DNA from: Phycisphaerales bacterium
GTDB taxonomy: Bacteria; Planctomycetota; Phycisphaerae; Phycisphaerales; UBA1924
Direction of reading: 5' to 3'
Length of the DNA: 64,000 bases
Assembly (NCBI GenBank): GCA_965227775.1
Contig: OZ245777.1
Location: forward strand, 1,536,001-1,600,000
Below the pieces are notes generated by a model. It saw only the letters and a program-made list of their open reading frames with translations. It was not told the origin of the DNA and made no database searches. Made by a program: the position numbers and the translations under genes. Every line of letters begins with the position of its first letter. Position 1 is the first letter of the stretch. Below, one piece after another: positions 10,083-19,274 of this stretch.

Positions 10083-10868
10083 ATGCGCGTGCCCACCCAG
10101 ACCTACCGCCCGGCGTTCACAATCACCGAAATGGTCGTCGTCGTCATCATCGCCATCGTGCTGTTCTCGATCGGTACGCCAATCATACTTCAGGCGCGAG
10201 ATGCCGCTCGACAAGCGCGGTGCCTAAGCAACGTGCGTCAGGTGCTCGTAGGCATCAACGCTTTCTCCGCCTCAAACGGTGCCAGACTGCCCGAGAATCG
10301 CGTTCGAGAAAACGCCGGCGAATATGTCACCTGGCGGCAACTGCTGATCGACCAAGGCTACCTCGACGACTCGAAGGTCTGGTGCTGCCCGCTCCATCCC
10401 GACCCCGGACCTCGGAGCGAATTCGGGTACGTAGGCGGTGGCCTGCGGTGCGTCGGAGATGTCCGCTCGAGCTACGCGCTCAATGGCCACTTGCTCTGGC
10501 GCCGCAGGGTCATCGACGATGATGCACGGATCATCGATACGGTCATTGATCGCCCAAGCCACACCATCCTGGTGGCCGAGACCAACCGCGTATTCTGCCA
10601 CCTCCGCGTGAGTCCGCCCATGGTCGCCAATTTCTACGGCGATAACCCCGGGCCATACAGCTACTGGCATGATGGCAAGGGCGTGTACGGCTTCCAAGAC
10701 GGCCACGTGGAGGTGCTGCACTTTCTCGACACCGGCAGCCCCGACTGCCGCTGGCACAACCGAACGGACCTGACTCCCGATCCATTCGTGCCCCAGAAGC
10801 CCGGCGAAACCCGGCAGCACGATCATCCCGATTGGAAGTTCCTTGTTCCGGATATCTACCGCCGCTAA
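10083..10868 (+). CDS. Prepilin-type N-terminal cleavage/methylation protein with H-X9-DG motif (DUF1559-like)
   Basis: AFTITEMVVV...ARDAARQARCLSNVRQ; exact H-DGKGVYGFQ-DG motif. Confidence 0.85.
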   Translation: MRVPTQTYRPAFTITEMVVVVIIAIVLFSIGTPIILQARDAARQARCLSNVRQVLVGINAFSASNGARLPENRVRENAGEYVTWRQLLIDQGYLDDSKVWCCPLHPDPGPRSEFGYVGGGLRCVGDVRSSYALNGHLLWRRRVIDDDARIIDTVIDRPSHTILVAETNRVFCHLRVSPPMVANFYGDNPGPYSYWHDGKGVYGFQDGHVEVLHFLDTGSPDCRWHNRTDLTPDPFVPQKPGETRQHDHPDWKFLVPDIYRR

Positions 10869-11524
10869 GAGCGGGAGTCGGCGCACTCCTGCGGGGCGTC
10901 GGGGCAACGTCTCGCCACGATGTGGAACACATGCCATTGCTTGGCGTTGCCTCGCGCGTCCTGGCCGTCGCGATCAACCTCTTCGAAATGCTCGAGCTTG
11001 TATCGGCCGCGGAACATCTCGCCGACCTTCCGACGGGTCTGGTGGCTGCGATCGGGTAGCGTTGCCCAGGTGTCGCGATCGCCGAAGAGCTGGCCCGCGA
11101 ACACGCCGCCCGGACGAATCGACGCGTGGATTCGGTCCCAGAGCTCGTCGATCTTCTCGGGCCTGCAGAACGGCAGGCTGAAGCTGGCGTTGAGCAGGTC
11201 GCACGCAGGCAGCTCGGCCGTCTCCATCTCGGCGTGGCGGATCTCGAGCCGCTCCCGGGCATCGGCCGGCAGCCGGGGGTGGTGGCCGACCAGATCGACC
11301 GCCATCTCGTGTCCGTCAATAGCCAGCACACGCCAGCCGCGGGCCAGCAACTCGACCGTGTCGCGACCCTCGCCACAGCCCAGGTCGATCGCAAAGCCGG
11401 ACCTTTCGAAGAGCCCCAGGGCTTTCAGCAGCGTATCGCGGGGTTCCTTGCCCGCCACCGCCTTGAAGTAGCCCGGCCAGTCCCGCGTCGTCGCGCAGGC
11501 AAAGGCCGATGGCGGATCACTCAT
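10865..11524 (-). CDS. Class I SAM-dependent methyltransferase (TehB-like)
   Basis: IDLGCGEGRD motif I, FSLPFC, RPGG, C-terminal WHVFHIVAR; real gene is the 3' part of the long 758-aa ORF. Confidence 0.85.
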   Translation of the reverse strand: MSDPPSAFACATTRDWPGYFKAVAGKEPRDTLLKALGLFERSGFAIDLGCGEGRDTVELLARGWRVLAIDGHEMAVDLVGHHPRLPADARERLEIRHAEMETAELPACDLLNASFSLPFCRPEKIDELWDRIHASIRPGGVFAGQLFGDRDTWATLPDRSHQTRRKVGEMFRGRYKLEHFEEVDRDGQDARGNAKQWHVFHIVARRCPDAPQECADSRS

Positions 11525-11611
11525 CCGGCTTAGCTCGTCCCATGGATGAATCACGCGGGGCTCCCCGCCATTGCAAAGGTCGTCGGGCGTGGTCGACATA
11601 CGGTTGAGGGT

Positions 11612-13660
11612 ATGTACGGTGACCTGCGTCGTTTCGTCGAAGCCCTGCGAGCCGCCGGAGAACTGCTGGAGATTGCCGAGCCAGTCTCGCCGGTGTGCGA
11701 TATCGCCGACTTGGCCAGCCGCGCCAGCAAGGCCGCGGCTCCGAACCCCTGCGCGACGGCAACCCAACACAACGACCCACGCTTCCACGATCGTGGCGGC
11801 CCGGCCATGCTCTTCACCAACGTGGAGGGCAGCGAATTCCCCTTGCTTATCAACGCGTTTGGCAGCTATCGCCGCATGGAGATGGCGCTCGGCCATCATG
11901 CGGGGGACTCGGGCTTGGAGACCATCGCGGCGCTCATCGGTGAACTGACCAAGCCCCAGCCGCCGCGCTCCCTCGGAGAGGTGGTCTCGAAGGCCAAGCA
12001 ATTCGCACCACTCCTGCGGATCCCACCCAGGCGGATCAAGAAGGCCGGCCCCGTGCAACAGGTCGTGCGCACCGGCAAAGACATCGACCTCACGAGGCTG
12101 CCGATCCTCCGCTGCTGGCCGATGGACGGCGACTTTGAGGCCGTCGGCTACCCCGCCGGCATCAACGACGATATCGCCGATCTTGGTCACGCCGAGATCT
12201 CCGACGAAGAGTGGAACGCGAAGTACCGCGGCCGCTATGTCACACTCGCCGGCATCCACACGATCCACGCCGACGACGTCGACGAGAAGCGTCCCGCGAG
12301 CCACAACATCGGTATGTACCGCGTGCAGTTGCTGGGCAAGAACCGCGTCGCCATGCACTGGCACCTGCACCACGACGGCGCCAGCCACTGGCGGAGCTGG
12401 CGCAAGCTCGGCAAGCCCATGCCCGTCGCCATCGCACTCGGCGGATCGAGCGTGCTTCCGTACGCTGCCACCGCGCCGCTGCCGCCGGGCATCAGCGAGT
12501 TGCTGATGGCCGGGTTCCTGAACGGCAAGGGCATTCGCATGTGCCGGGCCAAGACCGTGCCGCTCTGGGTACCCGCCGACGCGGAGATGATCATCGAAGG
12601 CGAGGTCAGCACCGAGGCCGGCTACCCAGGATGGGATCCCAGGGAGACCGACGAGCCCCTCGGCCCGGGCGCCGTCTTCGAGGGCCCCTTCGGCGATCAC
12701 ACGGGCTTCTACTCCATGCCCGATCGATACCCCATCGTGAACGTCACGGCCTTCACGCATCGAAGGGACGCGATCTACCCGACCACGGTCGTCGGCCTGC
12801 CACCACAGGAGGATTACTTCCTGGGCAAGGCCACCGAGCGGTTGTTCCTCCCGCTGCTCAAGACCATCGTGCACGACATCGAGGACTACGACCTGCCGCT
12901 CTTTGGCGCGTTCCACAACTGCGCGATGATCAAGATCAACAAGGCCTACGCGATGCAGGGCCACCGCGTCATGGCCAGCATTTGGGGCGCCGGACAGATG
13001 GCCTGGACGAAGTGCCTCTTCGTTGTTGACGAAGACGCCGACGTGCACGACGCCGAGTCCGTTCTCAGGCTCGCCGCTGAGCGCTGCGACCCGCTGGCCG
13101 ACGTCGTGCTGACGCAGGGCCCGCTGGACATCCTCGATCACGCCGCACCGGCTTTGGGCGCGGGCACCAAGATCGGCTTCGACTGCACGAAGAAGATGCC
13201 CGGCGACCGCCTCACCGATGATCCGCCGATGCGCTCGCTCCCCGATGCGTCGATCGTCTCAGGCGTACAAGGCGCTGCCATGCCGGTGCCCGGCTGGCTC
13301 TTCATCGCCACCGAGGCACGCGGCGACGCCGTCGAGCAACTCTGGAACCGCGTCGCCGAAGCGATCGGCGGCGCCGTGCCGTTCGTTGTATTCCTGGGAG
13401 AGGGCGTCAACGTTAACAACGTCGATGAGGCGATGTTCCACTTCTTGGCCAACAGCGATCCGGGCCGCGACACCCTGCCAACAGATCCGCAGCACCGCGT
13501 CCGCGCGTGGGATGCCACACCGAAGACGACCGGCACTCGGCGCGGCCAATCCGTGCGTGCGTGGCCGCCGGTCATCCGTGGTGATGATGAGGCGGTGTCC
13601 CGCACCGCGTCGATCGCCCGCCGCTTCAAAGATGTTCGTGAGGTCGTCGGGCCCGGCTAG
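11612..13660 (+). CDS. UbiD-family prFMN-dependent decarboxylase (menaquinone/futalosine-pathway type)
   Basis: NIGMYRVQ, MHWHLHHDG, EGPFGDHTGFYS, PPQED, WGAGQM and GPLDILDHA motifs. Confidence 0.9.
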   Translation: MYGDLRRFVEALRAAGELLEIAEPVSPVCDIADLASRASKAAAPNPCATATQHNDPRFHDRGGPAMLFTNVEGSEFPLLINAFGSYRRMEMALGHHAGDSGLETIAALIGELTKPQPPRSLGEVVSKAKQFAPLLRIPPRRIKKAGPVQQVVRTGKDIDLTRLPILRCWPMDGDFEAVGYPAGINDDIADLGHAEISDEEWNAKYRGRYVTLAGIHTIHADDVDEKRPASHNIGMYRVQLLGKNRVAMHWHLHHDGASHWRSWRKLGKPMPVAIALGGSSVLPYAATAPLPPGISELLMAGFLNGKGIRMCRAKTVPLWVPADAEMIIEGEVSTEAGYPGWDPRETDEPLGPGAVFEGPFGDHTGFYSMPDRYPIVNVTAFTHRRDAIYPTTVVGLPPQEDYFLGKATERLFLPLLKTIVHDIEDYDLPLFGAFHNCAMIKINKAYAMQGHRVMASIWGAGQMAWTKCLFVVDEDADVHDAESVLRLAAERCDPLADVVLTQGPLDILDHAAPALGAGTKIGFDCTKKMPGDRLTDDPPMRSLPDASIVSGVQGAAMPVPGWLFIATEARGDAVEQLWNRVAEAIGGAVPFVVFLGEGVNVNNVDEAMFHFLANSDPGRDTLPTDPQHRVRAWDATPKTTGTRRGQSVRAWPPVIRGDDEAVSRTASIARRFKDVREVVGPG

Positions 13661-13663
13661 GGC

Positions 13664-15226
13664 TCAGGGCGTGCCCGGTCGCACGACAACGCGACCCATC
13701 TCCGCGGCCTCGCGATCGATCAGCCGGACCAGCTCGTTGCGAAGCTGGCGGCTTCGCAGGCTGTCGCTGGTCTTGAAGCCGTTCATGAGGATCGAGAACG
13801 CCGCGACCGGCTCGGTGCCACCCTTGGGCACCACATAGCCCGAAATCGTGCGCACGTGGTTCAGGTATCCCGTCTTTGCGAGGATGTCGTGCTGCAGGGC
13901 GCTCGGTGACAAGAACCCACGCCGCAGCGTGCCCTCGCCAGACCTGGCCAGGGAGTCTCGGAATAGCGTGCGGGCCGACTCATCGCTGATCGCGTGCATG
14001 TGCGTCAGCAGCGAGGTGAGCGTGGCGGGCGCGATCTTGTTCTGGCGGCTCATGCCGCTTCCGTCGGAGATGCGAAGCCCGTCGAGCGCCGTCGGCCCGA
14101 TGGCCTTGGTCAGCTCTGTGCGCATGCCGGCCGCGCCGAGGACCCAGCTCCCAGACTCACCCGTGAAGTGGTACCCGATGCGCTTGAAGAGCGCTTCCGC
14201 ATGCAGGTTGTAGCTGTCGGTGTTGCAACGCCGCAGCACTTCGGCGATGGGCGTCTTGATGACCAGTATGGGGTCGCCGTCGTATCGCTCGCCTTCGGCG
14301 ATCCGCCGGACGGCCTCGCCCGGCAGCTCATGGGCGCTGCCGATCTCGACGCCACGCTGCTCGAGTCGCTCGGCGAGCAACTCGCCGAACACGATCGCCG
14401 TATCGCGCACGGCTGTGGGGGCGCCAACCGGGCGCGATACCTCGCCCGAGACCCGCCAGCGGTTGCGGTCGCCCTCCCTCGAGATCGAGATCGCGCTCTG
14501 GTGCGGCCTCCCTGCCGGCGTGCGCTTCGCCGCGGTCTGCGTCTTGTTCTCGATCTCGATGCTGCTTGCATCGGGCTCAAGCACAATGCGCGCGGGCTGG
14601 TTCAGCGACGTGTCGCGTGCGAATACATTCACGATGTTCAGATGGAAGTTGAGCCCACCAACCTCGGCGCAGTAGTAGTACTGCAGCTGCTCGCGCGGCC
14701 AGTCCTTGTGCACGGTCTCGCGGTCGAAAACCCGATCATCGATCACGATCTCGCGGATCGCACGCGGCTCGGCTCGCAAGATCGCATCGGCGATGAAGTC
14801 CAGCAACTCGTCGACGTCCATGGGTTCGGGAAGATCGGACAGCAACGCCGGATCGCCCAGGCCCGGGTCGCCCGAGCCCACAACAACGAGCGTGTCGCCG
14901 ACAAGCAGGAACCGTGTATCGAACATGAACGAGTCGCCCAGCGTCATCAGGGCCGTCGCGCTGGTGAGCAGCTTCATGTTCGAGGCGGGAATGAGCGGGT
15001 CGTAAGCGTCGATCTCCGCCACGCGCCGGCCGGTTCGCAGGTCGACGACGCACACGCCCACGTCCAAGCCGTCGAGCCCGGACTGGGCGATGGCCCGTTC
15101 GAGTGCCCGCTGCAGGTCGGCCAGCGCCGGGAGCGCCGCCAGCAGAACGACCAATATCGCGGCCATCGCCCGTGTTCGACCCGCCACACGCTCGATCCGC
15201 CCCTGACGAACAACAGCCGATGCCAT
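13664..15226 (-). CDS. dacB: D-alanyl-D-alanine carboxypeptidase/endopeptidase (PBP4, peptidase S13)
   Basis: SxxK (PASNMK), SxN (SYN), DGSGMSR and KTG motifs; signal peptide. Confidence 0.92.
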   Translation of the reverse strand: MASAVVRQGRIERVAGRTRAMAAILVVLLAALPALADLQRALERAIAQSGLDGLDVGVCVVDLRTGRRVAEIDAYDPLIPASNMKLLTSATALMTLGDSFMFDTRFLLVGDTLVVVGSGDPGLGDPALLSDLPEPMDVDELLDFIADAILRAEPRAIREIVIDDRVFDRETVHKDWPREQLQYYYCAEVGGLNFHLNIVNVFARDTSLNQPARIVLEPDASSIEIENKTQTAAKRTPAGRPHQSAISISREGDRNRWRVSGEVSRPVGAPTAVRDTAIVFGELLAERLEQRGVEIGSAHELPGEAVRRIAEGERYDGDPILVIKTPIAEVLRRCNTDSYNLHAEALFKRIGYHFTGESGSWVLGAAGMRTELTKAIGPTALDGLRISDGSGMSRQNKIAPATLTSLLTHMHAISDESARTLFRDSLARSGEGTLRRGFLSPSALQHDILAKTGYLNHVRTISGYVVPKGGTEPVAAFSILMNGFKTSDSLRSRQLRNELVRLIDREAAEMGRVVVRPGTP

Positions 15227-15378
15227 CCACGCCTCCGTGCCGCTGGTGTGTACCGTTCCAGCCCACCATCGGCTTGCGGGCCGGCCTGGTGTGAGCGGTG
15301 GGCGTATAAGTCAGCGTAGACCACGCCGCCCCGCCGATTACCGGAGCCCGGCGAGCACGCACGATTCGGGAGGCCCTA

Positions 15379-15858
15379 ATGACCACGAAGCCAGACCCGC
15401 AGGCCCAGACCGGTGCCGACGAGCCGCTGACCGGCGCCGTGCTCGTGGTCGACGACAACGCCCAGAACGCCGAGCTGCTCGAGGCCTACCTCGATGACCT
15501 GGGCATCACCGTCCGCGTGGCCCACGACGGGCAGGCCGCGCTCGACTCGGTCGCCGAGGAGACGCCCGACCTGATCCTCATGGACATCATGATGCCGCGC
15601 ATGAGCGGCTACCAGGCCACCGAGCGCCTCAAGGCCGATGCCACGACGAGAGATATCCCCATCATCATGGTGACGGCCCTCGGAGAGGTCGGCGACGTCG
15701 AGCGCGCGGTCGACTGCGGTGCCGACGATTTCCTCACCAAGCCCGTCAACAAGCTCGAGCTTCTGACCCGCGTCCGCTCGCTGCTCCGCGTGCGCAAGCT
15801 ACAGACCGACCTGAACAAGGCCCAGGACCAGCTCCGCAAGTTCCTCCGCGAAGACTGA
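15379..15858 (+). CDS. Stand-alone response regulator receiver protein
   Basis: VLVVDD, DLILMDIMMP, MVTA, GADDFLTKP motifs; short coiled-coil tail. Confidence 0.92.
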   Translation: MTTKPDPQAQTGADEPLTGAVLVVDDNAQNAELLEAYLDDLGITVRVAHDGQAALDSVAEETPDLILMDIMMPRMSGYQATERLKADATTRDIPIIMVTALGEVGDVERAVDCGADDFLTKPVNKLELLTRVRSLLRVRKLQTDLNKAQDQLRKFLRED

Positions 15859-15862
15859 CCGA

Positions 15863-15902
15863 CCAACGAAGAACCCACGCTGCGAGGCGTGGGTTCGTTG
15901 GT
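15863..15902. terminator. Probable bidirectional intrinsic terminator hairpin
   Basis: GAACCCACGC (15871-15880) pairs with GCGTGGGTTC (15887-15896) between convergent genes. Confidence 0.65.
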
Positions 15903-15936
15903 GTGGGTTTGATGTCGTCCTCGATCGAGAACGGAT

Positions 15937-16329
15937 TCAGGCCGCGGCCGGCTTGAACTCTCCCGGATTGCCCGCGCGGGTGTGCTTGATCGCGGTCTCC
16001 ACCAGCGAGTCAAACAGCTTCGGGTCCTCGATGGCGATCTGGCTGAGCATCTTGCGGTTCAGCGAGATGCCGGCAACCTTCAGGCCGCTGATGACCACGC
16101 TGTACCGAGTGCCACGCATCTTGCACGCTGCGGTGATGCGGGTGATCCAGAGCTTGCGCATGTCGCGCTTGCGCAGGCGGCGGTGGGCGTAGGCGAACGC
16201 GCCGCCGCGGATGATGGCGTCCTTCGCCAGATAGCGGTGGTTCTTGCGGGCGCCGTAGTAGCCACGGGCCTGCTTGAGGATGCGCTTGCGGGAACGGTTG
16301 CGGGCAGAGCCAATGCGAACGCGGGGCAT
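15937..16329 (-). CDS. rplT: 50S ribosomal protein L20
   Basis: MPRV...ARGYYG...RKLWITRI...LNRKMLSQIA. Confidence 0.97.
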   Translation of the reverse strand: MPRVRIGSARNRSRKRILKQARGYYGARKNHRYLAKDAIIRGGAFAYAHRRLRKRDMRKLWITRITAACKMRGTRYSVVISGLKVAGISLNRKMLSQIAIEDPKLFDSLVETAIKHTRAGNPGEFKPAAA

Positions 16330-16448
16330 GATCAGAGTCTCCTGCCTCGGCGAGGGGCGGCTGGTGCATTCAGCCGGCTTATGGCCCGGGCCGAGGGCCT
16401 ACACGATTGTCAAGACGAATCGGGCGCAGAGCCCGACAGACTGCGGGC

Positions 16449-16739
16449 TTAGCTTTCCTTCGAGGCGGCCTCGCGCTCGGCGCGACGCTGCTCGGGGCTC
16501 GGGCTCCGCTTCATGGTGCTCTTGGGCTGGTTGCGGCCGCGCAGACGGCGGAACAGCAGCTTCTCGAGCCGCTTGGCGTCCGGGTTGGCCATGATCGGGT
16601 CCTTACGCAGGTGGCGCAGGCGCTTGGCCGACTTGTGCGAGCTCAAGTGCTTGTGGTTCGCCGAGCGGTGGCGGACCTTGCCCGTCTTGGAGATACGGAT
16701 TCGCTTGAGCGTGCCCTTGTGAGGCTTGGTCTTCGGCAT
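16449..16739 (-). CDS. rpmI: 50S ribosomal protein L35 with C-terminal extension
   Basis: MPKTKPHKG..KR..ISKTGK...KHL...K.LRHLR; directly upstream of rplT. Confidence 0.92.
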   Translation of the reverse strand: MPKTKPHKGTLKRIRISKTGKVRHRSANHKHLSSHKSAKRLRHLRKDPIMANPDAKRLEKLLFRRLRGRNQPKSTMKRSPSPEQRRAEREAASKES

Positions 16740-16845
16740 GGCAATCAACCCTTTCCAGCCCCGCAGAGCCACGGCCCTGCGAGAGCGGAGATGCTAGGCG
16801 CTGACAGGGGCGAGGAGAAGCCAGCAGGAGGGGCGAAACCGGCCC

Positions 16846-18081
16846 TCAGGGCACCAGGAACGCGTCTTGCGGCCCGTCGGCCGTCTCTCGGCCGCGAAGG
16901 GTGGCCCGGCCGTCGCGCTCCAGGTCTCGCTCGACCACAGCTGGAAGCCAGATGTTGTCGCCGTTCTCCAGCACCGGGCTGGTGAGCCACACCACCCGGC
17001 CGTCGCCGAAGAGCACGTGCTGACCACGGCCGGCGAAGTTCGTCGAGTTCGCATCGGCCCGCGCGGCCTCTCCGCGCTTGCTGGGCGGCACGATGGGCGA
17101 GCGATCGGCCAAAACGGCGCTTTGGGGCGTCAGCAGCGAGGCACCGCCGTCCCGTCCGCCGCGGCCGAACATGTTCAGGTAGCTGTACGACACCTCGTCG
17201 AGAGAGCCCCAGTCGGTGGCGTCCTCGCCCGTCACGCTCGTGGGAGCCTGCGGGTTGGTCGGGCTGGCAAGCTGGGCTAGTTCAACAAACCGATCGCGGG
17301 CCAGCGTGAACAAGTTCGCAGAGTTCGAGTGGGCGGGGTTCTGGCCCACCTCCCACCAGGGGTTGCCCGCCAGCGAGGCCGAAGCCTGCGGCAGGGCGCC
17401 GTAGCTGCCCGCGTAGGCCGCCATTCCGTTGCCGACAGCCGCCATGCGGGCCGAGCTCACCGTTCGATAGTGGGCCTCGCGCATCGAGCTGAGCATGGGC
17501 CAGATCACCGATACGCCCACCACCAGCACCGCCGCGATCGACATGAGGTCGGCAAGGCGGATTCGGCCGGCGATCTCGGGCTGCGGATCAGGACGCTGCT
17601 GCGCGGGCGTCGCTGCCACGCGTGTCATGAGCTTGTCGACCAGGTCGCTCGAGGCTTGCGGCTCTGAGCCCTGGCTCACCAGGGTCGCCATGTCGTGCAG
17701 CCGCTCGGCCCGCTCGCGCAGGGGTGCCGGCACGCGGTCGACCGCGCCGCCGGCCAGCATCCATGCATCCAGAGCTTCCGCGTCCATCGGATTGAGCTCG
17801 GGCTGGGCCTCGGCGGCATCGCTCGAGACGCCCGAGCCACTGGCCCGCAGCACCCGCAGCATCGTCAGGTCGGTCAGCGTCGAGTCGGCCGAGATCGCGC
17901 TCTCGGCGTTCAGCAGCCCAAGCAACGCATCCAGACGCTGCTCGCGGGAGTTTGCGGGAGACTCCCCGTCGATCCAGCGGTCGACAGCCCGCGCGTCGGC
18001 CTCACTCAGATGCGCCTCTCCGTCAACGGTGTTGCGACCGTCGGAGCCGTAACTGGTTTGTGCGTCATCCTCGCGTGTCAT
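16846..18081 (-). CDS. Putative anti-sigma factor fused to a DUF1559/prepilin-like membrane and periplasmic module
   Basis: 4-bp overlap with the ECF gene; internal RLADLMSIAAVLVV...PMLSSMREA helix; C-terminal GRGQHVLFGDGRV. Confidence 0.6.
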   Translation of the reverse strand: MTREDDAQTSYGSDGRNTVDGEAHLSEADARAVDRWIDGESPANSREQRLDALLGLLNAESAISADSTLTDLTMLRVLRASGSGVSSDAAEAQPELNPMDAEALDAWMLAGGAVDRVPAPLRERAERLHDMATLVSQGSEPQASSDLVDKLMTRVAATPAQQRPDPQPEIAGRIRLADLMSIAAVLVVGVSVIWPMLSSMREAHYRTVSSARMAAVGNGMAAYAGSYGALPQASASLAGNPWWEVGQNPAHSNSANLFTLARDRFVELAQLASPTNPQAPTSVTGEDATDWGSLDEVSYSYLNMFGRGGRDGGASLLTPQSAVLADRSPIVPPSKRGEAARADANSTNFAGRGQHVLFGDGRVVWLTSPVLENGDNIWLPAVVERDLERDGRATLRGRETADGPQDAFLVP

Positions 18082-18725
18082 TGGGCCGGGCCCCCCGCCT
18101 GACCGCCCGCCCGCTTCAGGTCGTGGCCCTGCTCGGTCAGGTTGTTCTCGTGCATGACGGCCTTCCAGTGCTTCGCGAACGACGCCACGGCCGCGTGCAA
18201 GCGGCTCTTGACGGTCCCCAGAGGGATCTCCAGGTCGTCGGCGATCTGGGCGTAGCTCAAACGTTGGAAGTAGGCCAAGAGCAGAATCTCCCTGAGCGTG
18301 GGCGAGAGCCGCTGCACCGCGTCCTGCACGAGGCGCTCCAGCTCCGCACGCTCCAGTCCCGCGTCGGGAGGGGGAATCTCGACCTCGAGCAGGTCGATGA
18401 ATGTGGCCCCCTCACCATCGCTGGCGATCGGCGCGTTCAATTCGCTCGCCGGCCGCCTGCCCTTCTTACGCAGGTAGTCCCGCCCCTTGTTCGCCGCGAT
18501 CGTGAATAACCACGGCTTGAACCTCCGAGAAGTATCGAAGCTGGCCGCAGAAGTATGCACCTGCAGGAACGTGTCCTGAAACACGTCCTCCGCGGCGTGG
18601 GCCGAGCCGGTGAGGCGGTAAAGGAAACGCACCAGATCGTTCCGATAACGCTCAACAAGCCGCCGGAACGCGTCAAGATCGCCCGCGCGATACTGCTCGA
18701 ATAGCCGCTCGTCGGGTTCTGGCAA
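18078..18725 (-). CDS. ECF RNA polymerase sigma factor
   Basis: AEDVFQDTFL, FKPWLFTIAAN, GTVKSRLH; TTG start. Confidence 0.92.
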   Translation of the reverse strand: MPEPDERLFEQYRAGDLDAFRRLVERYRNDLVRFLYRLTGSAHAAEDVFQDTFLQVHTSAASFDTSRRFKPWLFTIAANKGRDYLRKKGRRPASELNAPIASDGEGATFIDLLEVEIPPPDAGLERAELERLVQDAVQRLSPTLREILLLAYFQRLSYAQIADDLEIPLGTVKSRLHAAVASFAKHWKAVMHENNLTEQGHDLKRAGGQAGGPAQ

Positions 18726-18785
18726 TTCATGGCTCCGGGCAGGGCGGCAGGTCGGGCGCAGCGGTGGCGGCGTTCGACCCGTGTC

Positions 18786-18811
18786 TACGGACGCCGGGAT
18801 GAACGCGTTCG
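18786..18811 (-). promoter_or_regulatory. Possible autoregulatory ECF promoter (GAAC-N17-CGTA)
   Basis: Minus strand reads GAAC gcgttcatcccggcgtc CGTA about 60 bp upstream of the ECF start. Confidence 0.3.
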
Positions 18812-18846
18812 CCCTTCGGCAGGATCAGGGCCTACCACAGACCTGC

Positions 18847-19194
18847 CTATCGGGCCAGACCAGCCTCGATCACCACCTCGCCCACGCTTCGGCTGAGTTT
18901 CAGCGGGCCTTCGGGTGGGAAGAGCTCCTTGCCCTCGGCGCGCAGCGGTACTGCCGGTCCGTTCTCGTACCGGGCAAAGGCCTCGGCGGATTCGAACACG
19001 TAGCGGCAGTCGATGCGGATCGATTCACCCGGGTCGCCGTCGACCCGGACGATCTGGGCGCTCAGACCGCCGGCCTCGACCACGTCGGCGGCGTGGCCGG
19101 TGCGGCCCGCGTCAGGGTCGCCTGCCAGCCAGTCGATGAATCGGTCGGCCTCGGCGGGGTCGGTGGTGGAGGCGGTTACGGTGTAGGCAAGCAT
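18847..19194 (-). CDS. DUF4286-like small protein
   Basis: YTVTA...FIDWL...H..DV...Y.F...Y...A..LRAEG..LF pattern. Confidence 0.65.
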   Translation of the reverse strand: MLAYTVTASTTDPAEADRFIDWLAGDPDAGRTGHAADVVEAGGLSAQIVRVDGDPGESIRIDCRYVFESAEAFARYENGPAVPLRAEGKELFPPEGPLKLSRSVGEVVIEAGLAR

Positions 19195-19274
19195 GGTGCT
19201 GAGGCTATCCAGCGGCCGATGCAATCGACGCGAGCATCCTTCGTTGGCCCACGGGGGTCAGAAGCCGAGCGGGC

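Noticed and set aside
10865..13141. 758-aa ORF suggesting a large methyltransferase fusion
   Set aside because: Its 5' two-thirds is the antisense shadow of the UbiD gene; only 10865-11524 encodes the methyltransferase
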